A DNA stretch of 64,000 bases from Squalus acanthias (lineage: Eukaryota), in assembly GCA_030390025.1 (NCBI GenBank), contig CM059431.1, positions 102,302,001-102,366,000 of the forward strand, given 5' to 3'. A model generated the notes under the pieces. It saw nothing but the letters and a program-made list of their open reading frames with translations, was not told the origin of the DNA and did no database searches. The position numbers were made by a program, and so were the translations under genes. Shown here piece by piece: positions 63,371 to 64,000 of the stretch. Every line of letters begins with the position of its first letter. Position 1 is the first letter of the stretch.

Positions 63371-64000
63371 AAAAGTATTTTATTTGTTGCATTTTAATAA
63401 GAGGAAAAAAAATACTAGAAACAGCCAGAAGAGAAAAAGGAAACACACAAACTGGCTGAACACTCTTGACTCCTGCCTTTAATAAAATGTGGTCAACTAT
63501 ACATTTTTTCTTTACGTTAGTATGTCTAAAGCCACCCTCCGCTATGGTTTGTGTGCTTACACATAACTTCTGTATTTCCATTCGTTTTCTGTTATTGGTT
63601 TGAGTGTGTTCAACAATTACGGGATCTGCTGGGGTTTGCTAATCCAGCCAGTCTTCCGTGGAATTAACTGACCGTCTGTTTCTCAATACTATTCCAAGAT
63701 AGTCACTGGATTCCACTTACCTCCCCCACCAATTATAAACCCACTCGGGAAATCCTCATTGTGGTTTCAAATGTTCTGATAAAATGCATCCCGACTTTCC
63801 TTGTAACCATCTGTTTTATATACTGTGCCTAAGAGGGGGGGAGGGGGGGGGGGGTGGAAACTCAACCGCATCATGGCTCCAAGCAAGGGCTTTTGCTTCT
63901 TAACCATCAGCTCAAGAAGGGAAATCTTTCCCTGGAGAGTGTAACACATATTGGAAGTCCGGGGGTGGCCTGGCCATTGAGAAATGGGGAGATTTCCCAA

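Noticed and set aside
63721..63828. Minus-strand exon candidate with strong splice sites
   Set aside because: Stops in all three frames; a UTR or poison exon cannot be shown without RNA data

Overview
Eukaryotic, cartilaginous-fish (elasmobranch/shark-type) genomic DNA, most of it interspersed repeats: many 5'-truncated CR1 (HER1-like), L2, RTE and a fourth CR1/L2-group LINE, two tRNA-derived SINE families (SacSINE1/DeuSINE-like and HE1-like), Penelope-like elements with minimal hammerhead ribozymes, hAT-like MITEs and a decayed Harbinger/PIF transposon inside a 32-bp minisatellite. The window appears to be intronic in a large minus-strand gene. Two frame-compatible coding exons (56719-56809 and 36613-36865) are visible, but I cannot name the gene. 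Structural highlights: a 4.3-kb tandem duplication with a 3-bp microhomology junction and a later SINE insertion, head-to-head SINE pairs, TSD-flanked palindromic Penelope mini-elements with hammerheads, and a ~1-kb foldback element. No CRISPR, rRNA or true tRNA genes. Family names come from recognising motifs by eye and repeat boundaries are approximate. I cannot claim a wholly new system.
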